DNA of 64,000 nucleotides from an uncultured bacterium (GTDB taxonomy: Bacteria > Verrucomicrobiota > Kiritimatiellia > RFP12 > UBA1067). Positions 1 to 8,584 of the stretch are shown here, piece after piece; within the stretch, counting starts at the first letter, position 1, and the number at the start of each line of letters is the position of its first letter. The notes under the pieces were generated by a model. The model did not search any database, was not told where the DNA came from, and saw nothing but the letters and a program-made list of their open reading frames with translations. Both the position numbers and the translations under genes were made by a program. Location of the stretch: positions 10,684 through 74,683 of the forward strand of contig CADCGZ010000008.1 of the NCBI GenBank assembly GCA_902801025.1, in the 5' to 3' direction.

Positions 1-764
1 CGAAGACGAACGCCGACCTTCTCTGCGAAGGGCTCGGGGTAAAGATGGAGACGATCTCAATTGCGAAGTCTGTGAGGCAGCACCTCAAGGACATCGGGCA
101 CGACGGAAAGACTCCCGATGCCGCCTACGAGAACTCGCAGGCGAGGATGCGCACGCTGATCCTGATGGACAAGGCCAACATGGTCGGCGGCATAGTCCTC
201 GGCACGGGCGACATGTCGGAGATCGCTCTCGGCTGGTGCACCTACAACGGCGACCACATGTCGATGTTCGGCGTCAACTCCGGCGTTCCGAAGACAATCG
301 TCCGCAAGGTCTGCAAGTGGTGGGCGGAGAAGAGGGTAACGGGGAATGGGGAATGGGGAACGTATCCCCCGAGCGAAGCGAGTCGCCGAAGGCGATGCCC
401 TAGCAGGGGTGCGAAGGCGGCGAAGGCGCTCTTGGACATAGTGGCGACCCCCGTTAGCCCCGAGCTCGTGAAGGGCCAGGTCACCGAGGACAAGATCGGC
501 CCCTATGAGCTGCACGACTTCTTCATCTGGAACTTCTGCAAAAACGGCCTTGGCCGCAAGGCGCTCTACGACGCTGCGGCGAAGCGCTACGGAAAGACGT
601 ATGGGCTCGATCTCATCGGCCGCACGCTCGACACGTTCCTCTACCGTCTTGTCTCCCAGGCGTTCAAGCGCAACTGCGCGCCTGACGGAATAAGGGTTTT
701 CTCGTTCGACTTCTCAAAGGAGAGCTGGTCGATACCATCTGACATGCCAACGGGGATACTATGA
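1..764 (+). CDS. nadE: NAD+ synthase (NadE), C-terminal part; 5' end lies upstream of the window
   Basis: The frame is open from nt 3 with no stop before the first ATG at 45. GTGDMSEIALGWCTYNGDHMSMFGVNSGVPKT and PVSPEL..TEDKIGPYELHDFF are NAD synthetase-domain blocks. The stop overlaps the next start (ATGA at 761). Confidence 0.85.
   Translation, partial: KTNADLLCEGLGVKMETISIAKSVRQHLKDIGHDGKTPDAAYENSQARMRTLILMDKANMVGGIVLGTGDMSEIALGWCTYNGDHMSMFGVNSGVPKTIVRKVCKWWAEKRVTGNGEWGTYPPSEASRRRRCPSRGAKAAKALLDIVATPVSPELVKGQVTEDKIGPYELHDFFIWNFCKNGLGRKALYDAAAKRYGKTYGLDLIGRTLDTFLYRLVSQAFKRNCAPDGIRVFSFDFSKESWSIPSDMPTGIL
341..361 (+). repeat. heptanucleotide tandem repeat GGGGAAT GGGGAAT GGGGAAC inside nadE
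   Basis: Read directly from the sequence; encodes GNGEWG. Confidence 0.9.
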
Positions 765-1663
765 AAAAAGTCATTGTCCTTCTTTCCGCGTGCGTCTGCG
801 CGACAGTCTTCTGCGTGCTTGCCTTCGCAAACAACGTCGTCGCCATATTCAACTGGTGGTCCTCGTTTATCGCTGCCGGCGGCGATTCGTCGGCGTTCGC
901 GGCAAAGGCGTCGGGGTTCATCCCCTGGCTCGACTGGGCGGTCGTCGACTATTCGGCGGTGACGACGTTTATCCCGATGCTCGGCTTCCTTTGCATGACG
1001 CTTTCGCTGTCGCGGATGCTCGCTTGCCGCCGTGCGCGCGCTGGCGACTTCCCGTTCTTCCGCGGGTCCGACCAGCTGAACGTCGCGCTCGGGCTTCTTG
1101 GCACGCTCTGGGGAATCATCGTAATCGGCTACTTCAAGCTCGACACGGTGACGATGGCAGACCTCATGCAGTGCCTCCACACTGCGCTCTTCTCGACCTT
1201 GGCCGCAGTCGTCTGGGTGTTTCTCGTTGACCGTCCGCTCGTGAGGCCGTATTTCACGCGGCTTCTTGAGGAGACTGGTCTCGCAGAGACGGATGACGGC
1301 GATCTCGCGGCCGCAGTGGACCGGCTCGTCGTGCGCCTTGGCGCGGCGTCTGATGCGTTCGAGAAGCGCCAGCAGGAGTTCGAGGCGGAGTTTCGCAAGC
1401 GCCTCGACGACTACGCGGCGGAAGCGTCTCGCAGGGCGGCGGCCGACGCAGCGGAATTCGAGAAGCGACGCGGCGAATATGCCGCGCATTTCGAGAAGCG
1501 GCTTTCCGACTACGAGCAGTCTTTCGAAACGCGCCAGAAGGAATACGTCGAGTTCTTCAAGCGCGAGATAGAGGCGCTCGAGCGCCGCGCAAAGGCCGCG
1601 GACGAAGCTCGAGTAGAGACGGAAGCGCGCCTTGCGAAGATTGCTGCGGCGCTTAGGGGATAA
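761..1663 (+). CDS. MotA/TolQ/ExbB-family channel-like membrane protein with repeat-containing cytoplasmic tail
   Basis: About 4 hydrophobic segments. GLLGTLWGII (aa 111-120) and ALFSTLAAVVWVF (aa 142-154) resemble the conserved last two TM helices of MotA/TolQ/ExbB. Aa 200-276 hold three ~22-aa FE[KT]R..E[FY]...F repeats. ATGA overlap with nadE. Confidence 0.7.
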   Translation: MKKVIVLLSACVCATVFCVLAFANNVVAIFNWWSSFIAAGGDSSAFAAKASGFIPWLDWAVVDYSAVTTFIPMLGFLCMTLSLSRMLACRRARAGDFPFFRGSDQLNVALGLLGTLWGIIVIGYFKLDTVTMADLMQCLHTALFSTLAAVVWVFLVDRPLVRPYFTRLLEETGLAETDDGDLAAAVDRLVVRLGAASDAFEKRQQEFEAEFRKRLDDYAAEASRRAAADAAEFEKRRGEYAAHFEKRLSDYEQSFETRQKEYVEFFKREIEALERRAKAADEARVETEARLAKIAAALRG

Positions 1664-1672
1664 GGATGCGCC

Positions 1673-2371
1673 ATGACTGAATCTGACCGTGCTGCGCTGA
1701 AACGGCTCCTTGGGGGAGATGCCTCTCGTCGGGCGACGACCGACGACTTGCAGGGGCTTCTTCTCCAGGTCGTGTTCGCGCTACTTATGGTCTTCATGAT
1801 CGCCTACTTCATCTTCGTCGAGATGTCGCGCAAGGAACGCGCCGAGGAAATCCTCGAGGTGAACAGGCAGAAGCTCGTCCTTGCGCTCGAGAAGGTCGCA
1901 GAGGACCATCGCGTGAAATACGGGCTCAACGCTCTAATGACCCAGGGGACAGACGGCCGCCGCTCCTTCGACGCCGACGAGCATGTGAAGGGCGGGCGCA
2001 TCGAGCTCGCGCCTGCGGCAAAGACGGCGTTTGCGTCTGGGTCGGCTGCTGCATGCGCCGACTACCGCGATTCTGCCGCGCTCTCCGTTGCGTGGAAGTC
2101 AGCCGTCCTCAATGAGGCGAAGCTCGAGGAAGCCGCGCTTACCGACGACGAAAAGGCGTGGCTTGACGACGAGATCGCGCGTTCCGTCGAGGAAGTTCGC
2201 CTCGACGCCCGCGGCGTTCAGCGCGCTCTTGCCGCGCGTCTGCAGCGCCAGTGGATCGAAAACCCGTCTGCGCTCGGCGACATAGCCGACCCAAGCGCGC
2301 TTGCGGACGCATTAAAGGCAAGGTCGCTTAAGCTCGTCGCCGAGGCGACTGGCGCGGAGGTTCTGCCGTGA
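1673..2371 (+). CDS. single-pass membrane protein with MotB/ExbD/TolR-like N-terminal helix; no recognisable periplasmic anchoring domain
   Basis: One TM helix (LLLQVVFALLMVFMIAYFIF, aa ~29-48) shortly preceded by Asp-Asp (D24, D25), as in the proton-relay helix of MotB/ExbD/TolR. The remaining ~180 aa are Ala/Glu/Leu-rich with no OmpA-like motif seen. The gene starts 9 nt after the MotA-like gene. Confidence 0.5.
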   Translation: MTESDRAALKRLLGGDASRRATTDDLQGLLLQVVFALLMVFMIAYFIFVEMSRKERAEEILEVNRQKLVLALEKVAEDHRVKYGLNALMTQGTDGRRSFDADEHVKGGRIELAPAAKTAFASGSAAACADYRDSAALSVAWKSAVLNEAKLEEAALTDDEKAWLDDEIARSVEEVRLDARGVQRALAARLQRQWIENPSALGDIADPSALADALKARSLKLVAEATGAEVLP

Positions 2372-4368
2372 ACATGATTGCACTGATTTTAGCCGCGACG
2401 CTCTCGGCCGGAAATGCCGAATTCGACGCGACGGCGCGCGACGGCGCGCGCGACATCTCGCTTTCCCGCGTCCGCGATGAGATGCGCGAGAAGGGCCCAG
2501 CGCCGGGGGCGCTTGAAAAGGCGATGCTCGCCGATCCAAAGAAGTTCGAGAAGCCGGCCGAGGCCGAGGCGCTTTGCCGCGGCGTCTTTGCCGACGAGCT
2601 GCGCGCACAGTTCGCCGCGAAGGCGCGCGCCATAGACGAGCGCCTTGGCATAGGGTCGAATAGTGTCGGCGTGGGGTCGAATAGTGTCGGAGTTGACCCT
2701 AACTCGACTCTAAATGACTCTATCTCGACTCTAACTGACTCTATCTCGACTCTAAATGACCCTATCTCGACTCTAAATGACACTAACTCGACTCTAAATG
2801 ACCCTATCTCGACCCTAATAGACGAGATCGCAAACAAGCATTTTGCTCCCGCGTTTGCCGCCGAGCGGAAGGCCGCAGTCGAGGCCCAGGCGAAGACTAT
2901 CGTCGCCGCGACTCGCCCCACGGAAGCGGAGTTCGATGCGAAGGAGGACTGGGAACTTCGCGAGCAGATGCAGAAACGCATCATCGACGAGCAAAAGACG
3001 GCCGTCTTCTCCGAGAACCGCCAGTTCATCAGCGAACGCATGGTGGAGCCCGTCATAAAGGACGCCCGCCACGAGCAGAAGCGCCAGGCGGAATACCTGA
3101 TGCGCGCGCGGTGCGACACCGCCTCGCCATCGAAGCTTACCGCAGACCTCAAGGCGCGTCTCGAGGAAAACGTGAAGGAGCGCCGCGAAAAGGCGGATGA
3201 TCCGTCGAAGGCGTGGGGCGTATTTGCTGGAACCTTCGAGAAATCCGTCGGACCCGCCGTTGAGCGTCGCACTCTCGATCGCCTCGAGAAGAAGATGGAA
3301 GCGACCAATGTCGAGGTCGACGTCGATTCGATACTCAAGGAGATCGTAGAGACACCGCAAAAGCACGTGAAGCAAGCGGAGAGCGAAAAAGTCTTTGCGA
3401 CCCGCTATTCCGCGGTGCTTCTCGCCCGGGCGCTCGACGGAACTTGCAACGATGCACCGCAGTCTGAGCGCGACGAACTGCGGGGATACCTTTCCTCGCG
3501 TCTTGGCGGCGAGCGAATTCAGAAGGCCGCCGAGGCAAAAGTCAAGAAAGAGGTCCTTCCAAAGTGGCGCGAGGCGCGTGCGACTGCTGCGAAGCGCCAG
3601 GCAGACGACACATGGCCCACACTCGCGGACGGAACTTGGTTCCCGCCTGCCGATCTCGCGGACGACGTGACGGCAAGAAGCGACTATGCGAAGTCGGTCA
3701 AGGAATGGCGTTCGCTTGCCGCGCTTAAGTCCCTCGCGGACGCGCCCAAGGGCAGGCCCCTCATGGAAGAAGCCGACAGCCGCGCCGATTCCGAGGTGGC
3801 CGCGGCGTTTGACATCGCACGCAGCGCGATCGCTGCGCAGAACGCCATCGTCGATGGAAGCCACGCGCAGGTGCTTGCCGAGGCGAAGAAGCGCAAGGAC
3901 TCGTTCTGGACGCGCACACCAGATTTGAAGACAATAGTCGGGCTTCTTACTCAGGCGACCGAGGAGTCGTGGGAAGCGTCGCGCATTAGCACGCTCTGGC
4001 CCGACGAGGCAAAGCGTCCCGCGAACGCCGACGAGCAGCACAAGGCGCTTTTCCCGAGCGTCCGGCGCAAGATCGAGCTTCTCGCAAGGACGATTCTCGA
4101 GGAGATGAACGAGCCGAAGCCGGAAAACGAGGAAAAGCCCGAGGAACCGCCGCCAGAGGAACAGCAGCCCGACGAAACACCAGAGGAGCCGGAGGAGGTC
4201 GTCGAGTTCGAGATATCCGTCCGCCGCGCGGGGAACGAAGTCGAGGTCTCGCTGAAGCAGGGCGAGACTGTCGTCGAGAGCGCAACGGTTCCGGCGAAGA
4301 AGGACGATTTCGAGAATGCGATGTTCAAGGTAACAAGCGCGATTTCACGCATCCTTGGATTGAAGTGA
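2368..4368 (+). CDS. secreted 666-aa charged helical protein with 7-aa tandem repeats and a Pro/Glu-rich linker; family not recognised
   Basis: GTG start in a GTGA overlap with the previous stop (ATG 2374 is an alternative). Signal-like N-terminus [17 protein letters not shown]. 8 in-frame 21-nt repeats at 2653-2820. [29 protein letters not shown] linker followed by a ~55-aa C-terminal domain. Confidence 0.6.
   Translation: MNMIALILAATLSAGNAEFDATARDGARDISLSRVRDEMREKGPAPGALEKAMLADPKKFEKPAEAEALCRGVFADELRAQFAAKARAIDERLGIGSNSVGVGSNSVGVDPNSTLNDSISTLTDSISTLNDPISTLNDTNSTLNDPISTLIDEIANKHFAPAFAAERKAAVEAQAKTIVAATRPTEAEFDAKEDWELREQMQKRIIDEQKTAVFSENRQFISERMVEPVIKDARHEQKRQAEYLMRARCDTASPSKLTADLKARLEENVKERREKADDPSKAWGVFAGTFEKSVGPAVERRTLDRLEKKMEATNVEVDVDSILKEIVETPQKHVKQAESEKVFATRYSAVLLARALDGTCNDAPQSERDELRGYLSSRLGGERIQKAAEAKVKKEVLPKWREARATAAKRQADDTWPTLADGTWFPPADLADDVTARSDYAKSVKEWRSLAALKSLADAPKGRPLMEEADSRADSEVAAAFDIARSAIAAQNAIVDGSHAQVLAEAKKRKDSFWTRTPDLKTIVGLLTQATEESWEASRISTLWPDEAKRPANADEQHKALFPSVRRKIELLARTILEEMNEPKPENEEKPEEPPPEEQQPDETPEEPEEVVEFEISVRRAGNEVEVSLKQGETVVESATVPAKKDDFENAMFKVTSAISRILGLK
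2653..2820 (+). repeat. 8 tandem 21-nt units, in frame within the 666-aa ORF
   Basis: Units 1-2 are GGGTCGAATAGTGTCGG+4 nt. Units 3-8 are GACNCTAWCTCGACYCTAAMT. They encode GSNSVGV x2, then [DN][PST][IN]STL[NT] x6. Visibly less GC-rich than the flanks. Confidence 0.9.
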
Positions 4369-4384
4369 CGAAGGTGGGGAAACA

Positions 4385-5254
4385 ATGAAGATAGGATGTC
4401 ATCTTAGCGCGTCGGGGGGCTATCTCGCCATGGGGCAGACGGCCGTCTCAATCGGAGCAAATGTGTTCCAGTTCTTCACTCGCAATCCACGCGGCGGCGC
4501 GGCGAAGCCGTTGGACAAGGGAGATGTTGCCGCGTTCCTCGACTTTGCCGCGGCGAACGGCATTGGCCCGATTCTCGCCCATGCACCCTATACGCTGAAT
4601 GCGGCAGGCGCCGAGCCGCGCGTCAGGGAGTTTGCCGAGGAGGTGATGGCAGACGACTTGGACCGCCTAGAGCATACTCCGGGCGCGATGTACAACTTTC
4701 ATCCCGGTAGCCATGTCGGGCAAGGCGCGGAAGAGGGAATCAACCTCATATCTGGAATGCTCGTGCGCATTCTCGGTCGCTGGCGCGATGCACACGGCGG
4801 GAAACTTCCCTCTACAACTATACTCCTCGAGACAATGTCCGGGAAGGGCAGCGAGGTCGGCAAGGATTTTGCCGAGATCCGCGCCATCATCGACCGTACG
4901 GAGTCCAGTCTGCTCCCCGTTCCCCTTGTTGGAGTCTGCCTCGATACCTGTCATGTCTGGGACGGCGGCTACGACATAGTGAACGACCTTGACGGAGTTC
5001 TTGCGGAGTTTGACCGAATCGTAGGGCTTGATCGTCTCAAGGCGATTCATCTCAACGACTCGATGAATGTCCTCGGCGCACACAAGGACCGTCACGAGAA
5101 GATCGGCAAGGGAAAGATCGGACTTGATGCGCTTATGCGAGTCGTAAACCATCCTAAGCTGAAGGACCTGCCTTTCTATCTTGAGACGCCGTGCGACCTG
5201 CAGGGATACCGCGACGAGATTGCGCTTATAAAGAAAATGAGGAGTGCTTCATGA
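4385..5254 (+). CDS. nfo: deoxyribonuclease IV (endonuclease IV, AP endonuclease family 2)
   Basis: Endonuclease IV metal-ligand blocks are present: [42 protein letters not shown]-like AAGGTGGGG lies upstream of the ATG. Confidence 0.9.
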   Translation: MKIGCHLSASGGYLAMGQTAVSIGANVFQFFTRNPRGGAAKPLDKGDVAAFLDFAAANGIGPILAHAPYTLNAAGAEPRVREFAEEVMADDLDRLEHTPGAMYNFHPGSHVGQGAEEGINLISGMLVRILGRWRDAHGGKLPSTTILLETMSGKGSEVGKDFAEIRAIIDRTESSLLPVPLVGVCLDTCHVWDGGYDIVNDLDGVLAEFDRIVGLDRLKAIHLNDSMNVLGAHKDRHEKIGKGKIGLDALMRVVNHPKLKDLPFYLETPCDLQGYRDEIALIKKMRSAS

Positions 5255-6441
5255 CTTCAACGGTTTACATAGCGAAGAATGTCTATGGCGGCGACGGGCT
5301 CGGTCGCCTCGGCGACGGACGCGTCGTTTTCGTTCCAGGCGCATGGGCGGGCGAGCAGGTCAAGGCCGAGATCGTCGAGGAGAAGAAGCATTTCGTCAAG
5401 GCGCGTCTTGTCGAGGTCGTGGAGAAGTCTCCCGACCGCGTCGAATGTGCCGCGGAGCGCGTCGTGCCCGGAATGGTCTACGCCAACCTCTCCTACGAAG
5501 GCGAGCTAAAGGCGAAGGAGAGCCAGCTTAAGGAATTCTTCGAGCGCGCCCGCATAGATGTTCCAGAATTTGTTTCAGCGAAGGGCGGCTCCGAGTTTAA
5601 CTACCGCAACAAGGTCGTTTACCACTTTGCGAAATACGGCAATGTCTGGCGCATCGGCTACCGCACCGAGCCGTCGCACGAAATCGTCGACGTCGCCGAC
5701 GACCCTCTTGCGCGTCCTGAGATAAACGCGAAGCTCGGCGAAATCCGCCGCGCCGTCACGACGCTGTTGACGACGGGTCCGATCCAAGTGCGCAAGGACA
5801 CCGAGTGCAAGGGAAGCGTGACCGTTCGCTGGACGAAGAAGAGCGGCGTCAAGTGGTGGATAGGCGATGCACCGAAGGACTTAGTTCTGAAGGAGACGAC
5901 TTGCGGGCTTGACTTCGAAGTTCCCGCAGACGGGTTCTACCAGATGAACACGGATGTCGGAGAGGAGCTTGCGAAAGCTGTCGCGGCCGAATACCAGAAG
6001 GGCGCGGCGGAAGCGCCTGAAGTCCTCGACCTCTACTGCGGCGTCGGCGTGCTGGGGCTCTGCTGCAAACCGCCGCGGCTGACTGGCATAGAGTCCGGGC
6101 GTCAGGCGATAGAGTTTGCGAAGCGCAATGCCACCGCGCAGAAGGTGGTGGACCCGCGGTTCTTTTCCGAGCAGGTCGGGCGCAACGTCGGCCGCATAAA
6201 GATTGGGCCGAAGATGACGGTGATCGTCGATCCGCCGCGCGGCGGGCTCGAGCCAAATGTCCCGAAGTGGCTTGCCGCGTCAAATGCGCCGCGCATCCTC
6301 TATGTCTCGTGCGACCCTGCGACGCTGATGCGCGATCTCCGAGTTATTTCGAGGGGCTATGAGGTCGAATCGGCCCGCTGGTTCAACATGTTCCCCCGCA
6401 CCGCCCGGTTCGAGACCCTCGTCTCGCTCAGGCGGCGGTAG
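5251..6441 (+). CDS. TRAM-domain class I SAM-dependent RNA (uracil-5-)-methyltransferase (RumA/RlmD-like)
   Basis: Start chosen at ATG 5251 (ATGA overlap with nfo); the tracked start at 5191 lies inside nfo. N-terminal TRAM-like block [31 protein letters not shown]-MTase blocks [30 protein letters not shown]. Confidence 0.8.
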   Translation: MTSTVYIAKNVYGGDGLGRLGDGRVVFVPGAWAGEQVKAEIVEEKKHFVKARLVEVVEKSPDRVECAAERVVPGMVYANLSYEGELKAKESQLKEFFERARIDVPEFVSAKGGSEFNYRNKVVYHFAKYGNVWRIGYRTEPSHEIVDVADDPLARPEINAKLGEIRRAVTTLLTTGPIQVRKDTECKGSVTVRWTKKSGVKWWIGDAPKDLVLKETTCGLDFEVPADGFYQMNTDVGEELAKAVAAEYQKGAAEAPEVLDLYCGVGVLGLCCKPPRLTGIESGRQAIEFAKRNATAQKVVDPRFFSEQVGRNVGRIKIGPKMTVIVDPPRGGLEPNVPKWLAASNAPRILYVSCDPATLMRDLRVISRGYEVESARWFNMFPRTARFETLVSLRRR

Positions 6442-6467
6442 AATTAGGAAAAATTTGGAAGCGCCGA
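6442..6467. repeat. inverted repeat, left copy (AATTAGGAAAAATTTGGAAGCGCCGA)
   Basis: Exact reverse complement of 35708-35733. Weaker similarity continues ~12 nt further inward. Starts 1 nt after the methyltransferase stop codon. Confidence 0.9.
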
Positions 6468-6704
6468 GGAACACGCGCGGTTGCGCTGATGCGACGCGTA
6501 GAGGCAGGAGTACAAGCTGGCATGAGCTACTTATCAATAGAGCTGTATCAGTAAGCCCTTAGGCCACCCGTCGTTTGGCCGAATGCCGTTTGGGCCCCAC
6601 CTTTTGCCTGCTGGGGCTGACGCCTGTCGGCTACCGTGCGTTCCCCCTTGACAGCATTGCCAGAACTTGTATTGTTTTTTTTCCAAAGCGGACATCTTGC
6701 AAAC

Positions 6705-6734
6705 TTGACTGACGCTAAGGGCGTGTGATAGCAT
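6705..6734 (+). promoter_or_regulatory. candidate sigma70-type promoter, leaderless layout, for the 18-kb CAZyme operon
   Basis: TTGACT (6705-6710), 18-nt spacer, TGaTAGCAT (-10 at 6729-6734), then 7 nt to ATG 6742. Confidence 0.5.
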
Positions 6735-6741
6735 TTGCGGC

Positions 6742-8517
6742 ATGAACATGTTTGGCAAGACTGTTGTTGCCTGTGTCTTTGCGTGCGTTGCGTTCGCTGC
6801 CAGGGCTGATTTCGTTGTCGTAGACAACGGGCGTCCTGTTGCCGTCGTATGCGTGGTCGGAAATGCTTCGAGCGCGGCCCAGTTTGCCGCCAAGGAAATC
6901 ACCAAGTACGTGGAGGCGATGACAGGCGCGAAACTGAAGATCGTCGTAGGGCGGACCGTGGGCGGTGCGAGAATCGAAATTGACGACGCCGTGAAGGGGC
7001 TTGAAAGGGAGGAGTTCCGCATCGAGACGAAGAGTGGCGTCCTGTCGCTTGCCGGGGGCAGCCCTCGGGCGGCGCTCTACGCCGCGTACGAGTTTCTTGA
7101 GCACGTTGGCTGTGGCTTCTGGTCTCCTTTGAACGAGACTGTTCCTTCCGTAAAGTCGATATCGGTCGAAAAGTCCTGGAAGGTACAGTCAAAGCCGGCT
7201 ATTCCGTGGCGGCAGGTGCACAGCCAGTATGGCTACAAGATACCGTGGAAACCAAAGCTCAGGATAAACGGGCGGATGTGGACCGAAGCGACGCCCGCGA
7301 ATCTCGGCGGGTCCGATTCGATGGCAATGGGGCAGTCCCTCGCCGGGCTTAACCATGGCGATGCGGAGAAGCGTCTTTTCGCCGAGCACCCCGATTGGTT
7401 CGCTTGGAGGGAGAAGGAGAAGGCAAGGACTATGAGGCAGATGTGCACTTCGAACGACGAGGTCGTTGACGCCATCGTCGCAAAGATACGTTCGAGGTAC
7501 AAGGCGAATCCGTCAAATATATCCTACGAGTCCGTGTCGCTGCGTGACAACGACAAGATATGCCAGTGTGATAAATGCCGCCGACTCGTGAAGAAGCACG
7601 AGAGCACCGCAGCGCCGATCTTCGACTGCGCGAACCGCGTAGCCAAGGCGATCGCCAAGGACCTCCCGAACGTGCGCATCGTAGTGCTTGCCTACTGGGT
7701 GTCCCAGACGCCGCCCAAGGGCATGACACTTGAGCCGAATGTGGTTGTCTGCTGGGCGCGGCTTCGCAACTTCGCGGTGCCACCGTCCAAGGTGCCGGGA
7801 CATGACGCCAAACTCAACAAGTGGCGGGAGCTCGCGAAAGGCAACGTAGTCATCTGGGACTACAACGTGCAGTTCAGGGGCTATCTGCTCCCAGCGCCCA
7901 TCATCGACATGATGGGTCCCGGCTTTAGGGAATACGCAGAAAAGGGGATAAAGGGCGTGATGGTTCAGATGGCTGGGTTCGGCGCGGCGCTGATGGACTT
8001 CGCCGAGCTCAGGACATGGCTTTGCGCGAAGCTTATGTGGAATCCCGCGCAGGACGAACACAAGCTGATGCGCGATTGGTGCGACGGCGCGTGCGGCGCC
8101 GGTTCCACTGCCGTGAAGGAGTGGCTTGAGATTAGGCGCAAGGCGCGCGACCGCAAGCGCAGCTATGGGCCATACGATCCCGACAGTCTCCATGTGTTCA
8201 CTCCAAAGGAGCTTGTCAAGGGATATGTACTGATGCAGGAGGCGCTCAAGGCGACGGAGGGCGATGCGCGCACACATGCGCAGGTGCGCCGTATTTCGCT
8301 TGCGCCGTTGACGGCGGTGATATGCAACTACAACCGGGGGGTGTTGGTGGCGGCCAAGGCCGAGAAGGTGCCACTTCCGCCGCGGGACAAGCTTGTGGAC
8401 GAATTTGAGGCGATATGCGCCGAATACAAGGTCAAAAGTTTCGGGCAGGGGATGCCGTCGATAGCTGAGTTCATAAAGCTCATGCGCGAAGGCGGGGAGA
8501 TACTGAAGAAGAACTGA
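6742..8517 (+). CDS. DUF4838 domain protein (GH20-like fold, function unknown), paralogue 1
   Basis: Signal peptide. N-terminal ADFVVVDNG..AAQFAAKEITKYVEAMTGAKLKIV and central CQCDKC...VAKAIAKDLPNVRIVVLAYW blocks, as I recall them for DUF4838 proteins. Clearly paralogous to 16252-18048 and 8585-11362. Confidence 0.7.
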   Translation: MNMFGKTVVACVFACVAFAARADFVVVDNGRPVAVVCVVGNASSAAQFAAKEITKYVEAMTGAKLKIVVGRTVGGARIEIDDAVKGLEREEFRIETKSGVLSLAGGSPRAALYAAYEFLEHVGCGFWSPLNETVPSVKSISVEKSWKVQSKPAIPWRQVHSQYGYKIPWKPKLRINGRMWTEATPANLGGSDSMAMGQSLAGLNHGDAEKRLFAEHPDWFAWREKEKARTMRQMCTSNDEVVDAIVAKIRSRYKANPSNISYESVSLRDNDKICQCDKCRRLVKKHESTAAPIFDCANRVAKAIAKDLPNVRIVVLAYWVSQTPPKGMTLEPNVVVCWARLRNFAVPPSKVPGHDAKLNKWRELAKGNVVIWDYNVQFRGYLLPAPIIDMMGPGFREYAEKGIKGVMVQMAGFGAALMDFAELRTWLCAKLMWNPAQDEHKLMRDWCDGACGAGSTAVKEWLEIRRKARDRKRSYGPYDPDSLHVFTPKELVKGYVLMQEALKATEGDARTHAQVRRISLAPLTAVICNYNRGVLVAAKAEKVPLPPRDKLVDEFEAICAEYKVKSFGQGMPSIAEFIKLMREGGEILKKN

Positions 8518-8584
8518 CCGTGCGTGTAGGAGCGTCGCAGCAAAGAAAATACTAAATGCCAGAAACAACATGAACGGAGGAAAC

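Noticed and set aside
2653-2820. Possible CRISPR array or iteron cluster, suggested by the regular 21-nt periodicity.
   Set aside because: The units are contiguous with no spacers and the period is a multiple of three. The tract is in frame inside a long ORF, and no cas or rep genes are nearby.
761-4368. Calling the MotA-like/MotB-like pair a Zorya anti-phage system.
   Set aside because: Only a superficial resemblance (a MotA-like subunit with a helical tail) supports it. The tail is ~130 aa rather than several hundred, the MotB-like partner has no peptidoglycan-binding domain I can see, and no ZorC/ZorD/ZorE-like gene follows. I keep it as an open hypothesis only.
5191-5250. Long 5' extensions of tracked ORFs: 5191, 11322, 15239, 20531, 21817, 31263, 32831, 48089, 54151, 55319, 58923, 59928 and 60845.
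   Set aside because: The extensions run inside the preceding well-supported gene and translate to Arg-rich nonsense. An internal ATG or GTG at a 4-nt stop overlap or after an SD-like site gives a normal N-terminus (signal peptide or conserved first motif).
6451-6472. Sigma-54 promoter (TGGCAC-N5-TTGCW) within the island repeat core, as TTGGAAGCGCCGAGGAA.
   Set aside because: There is a TGG but no properly spaced TTGC/GC element. In the left copy the element points into the 3' end of a convergent gene.
6468-6741. A tRNA, tmRNA or other attachment-site RNA gene at the island borders (6468-6741 and 35434-35707).
   Set aside because: No T-loop (GTTCGAATC-like) or acceptor-stem pairing was found by eye in either non-coding stretch. 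No integrase lies adjacent. A covariance-model scan would still be needed for certainty.
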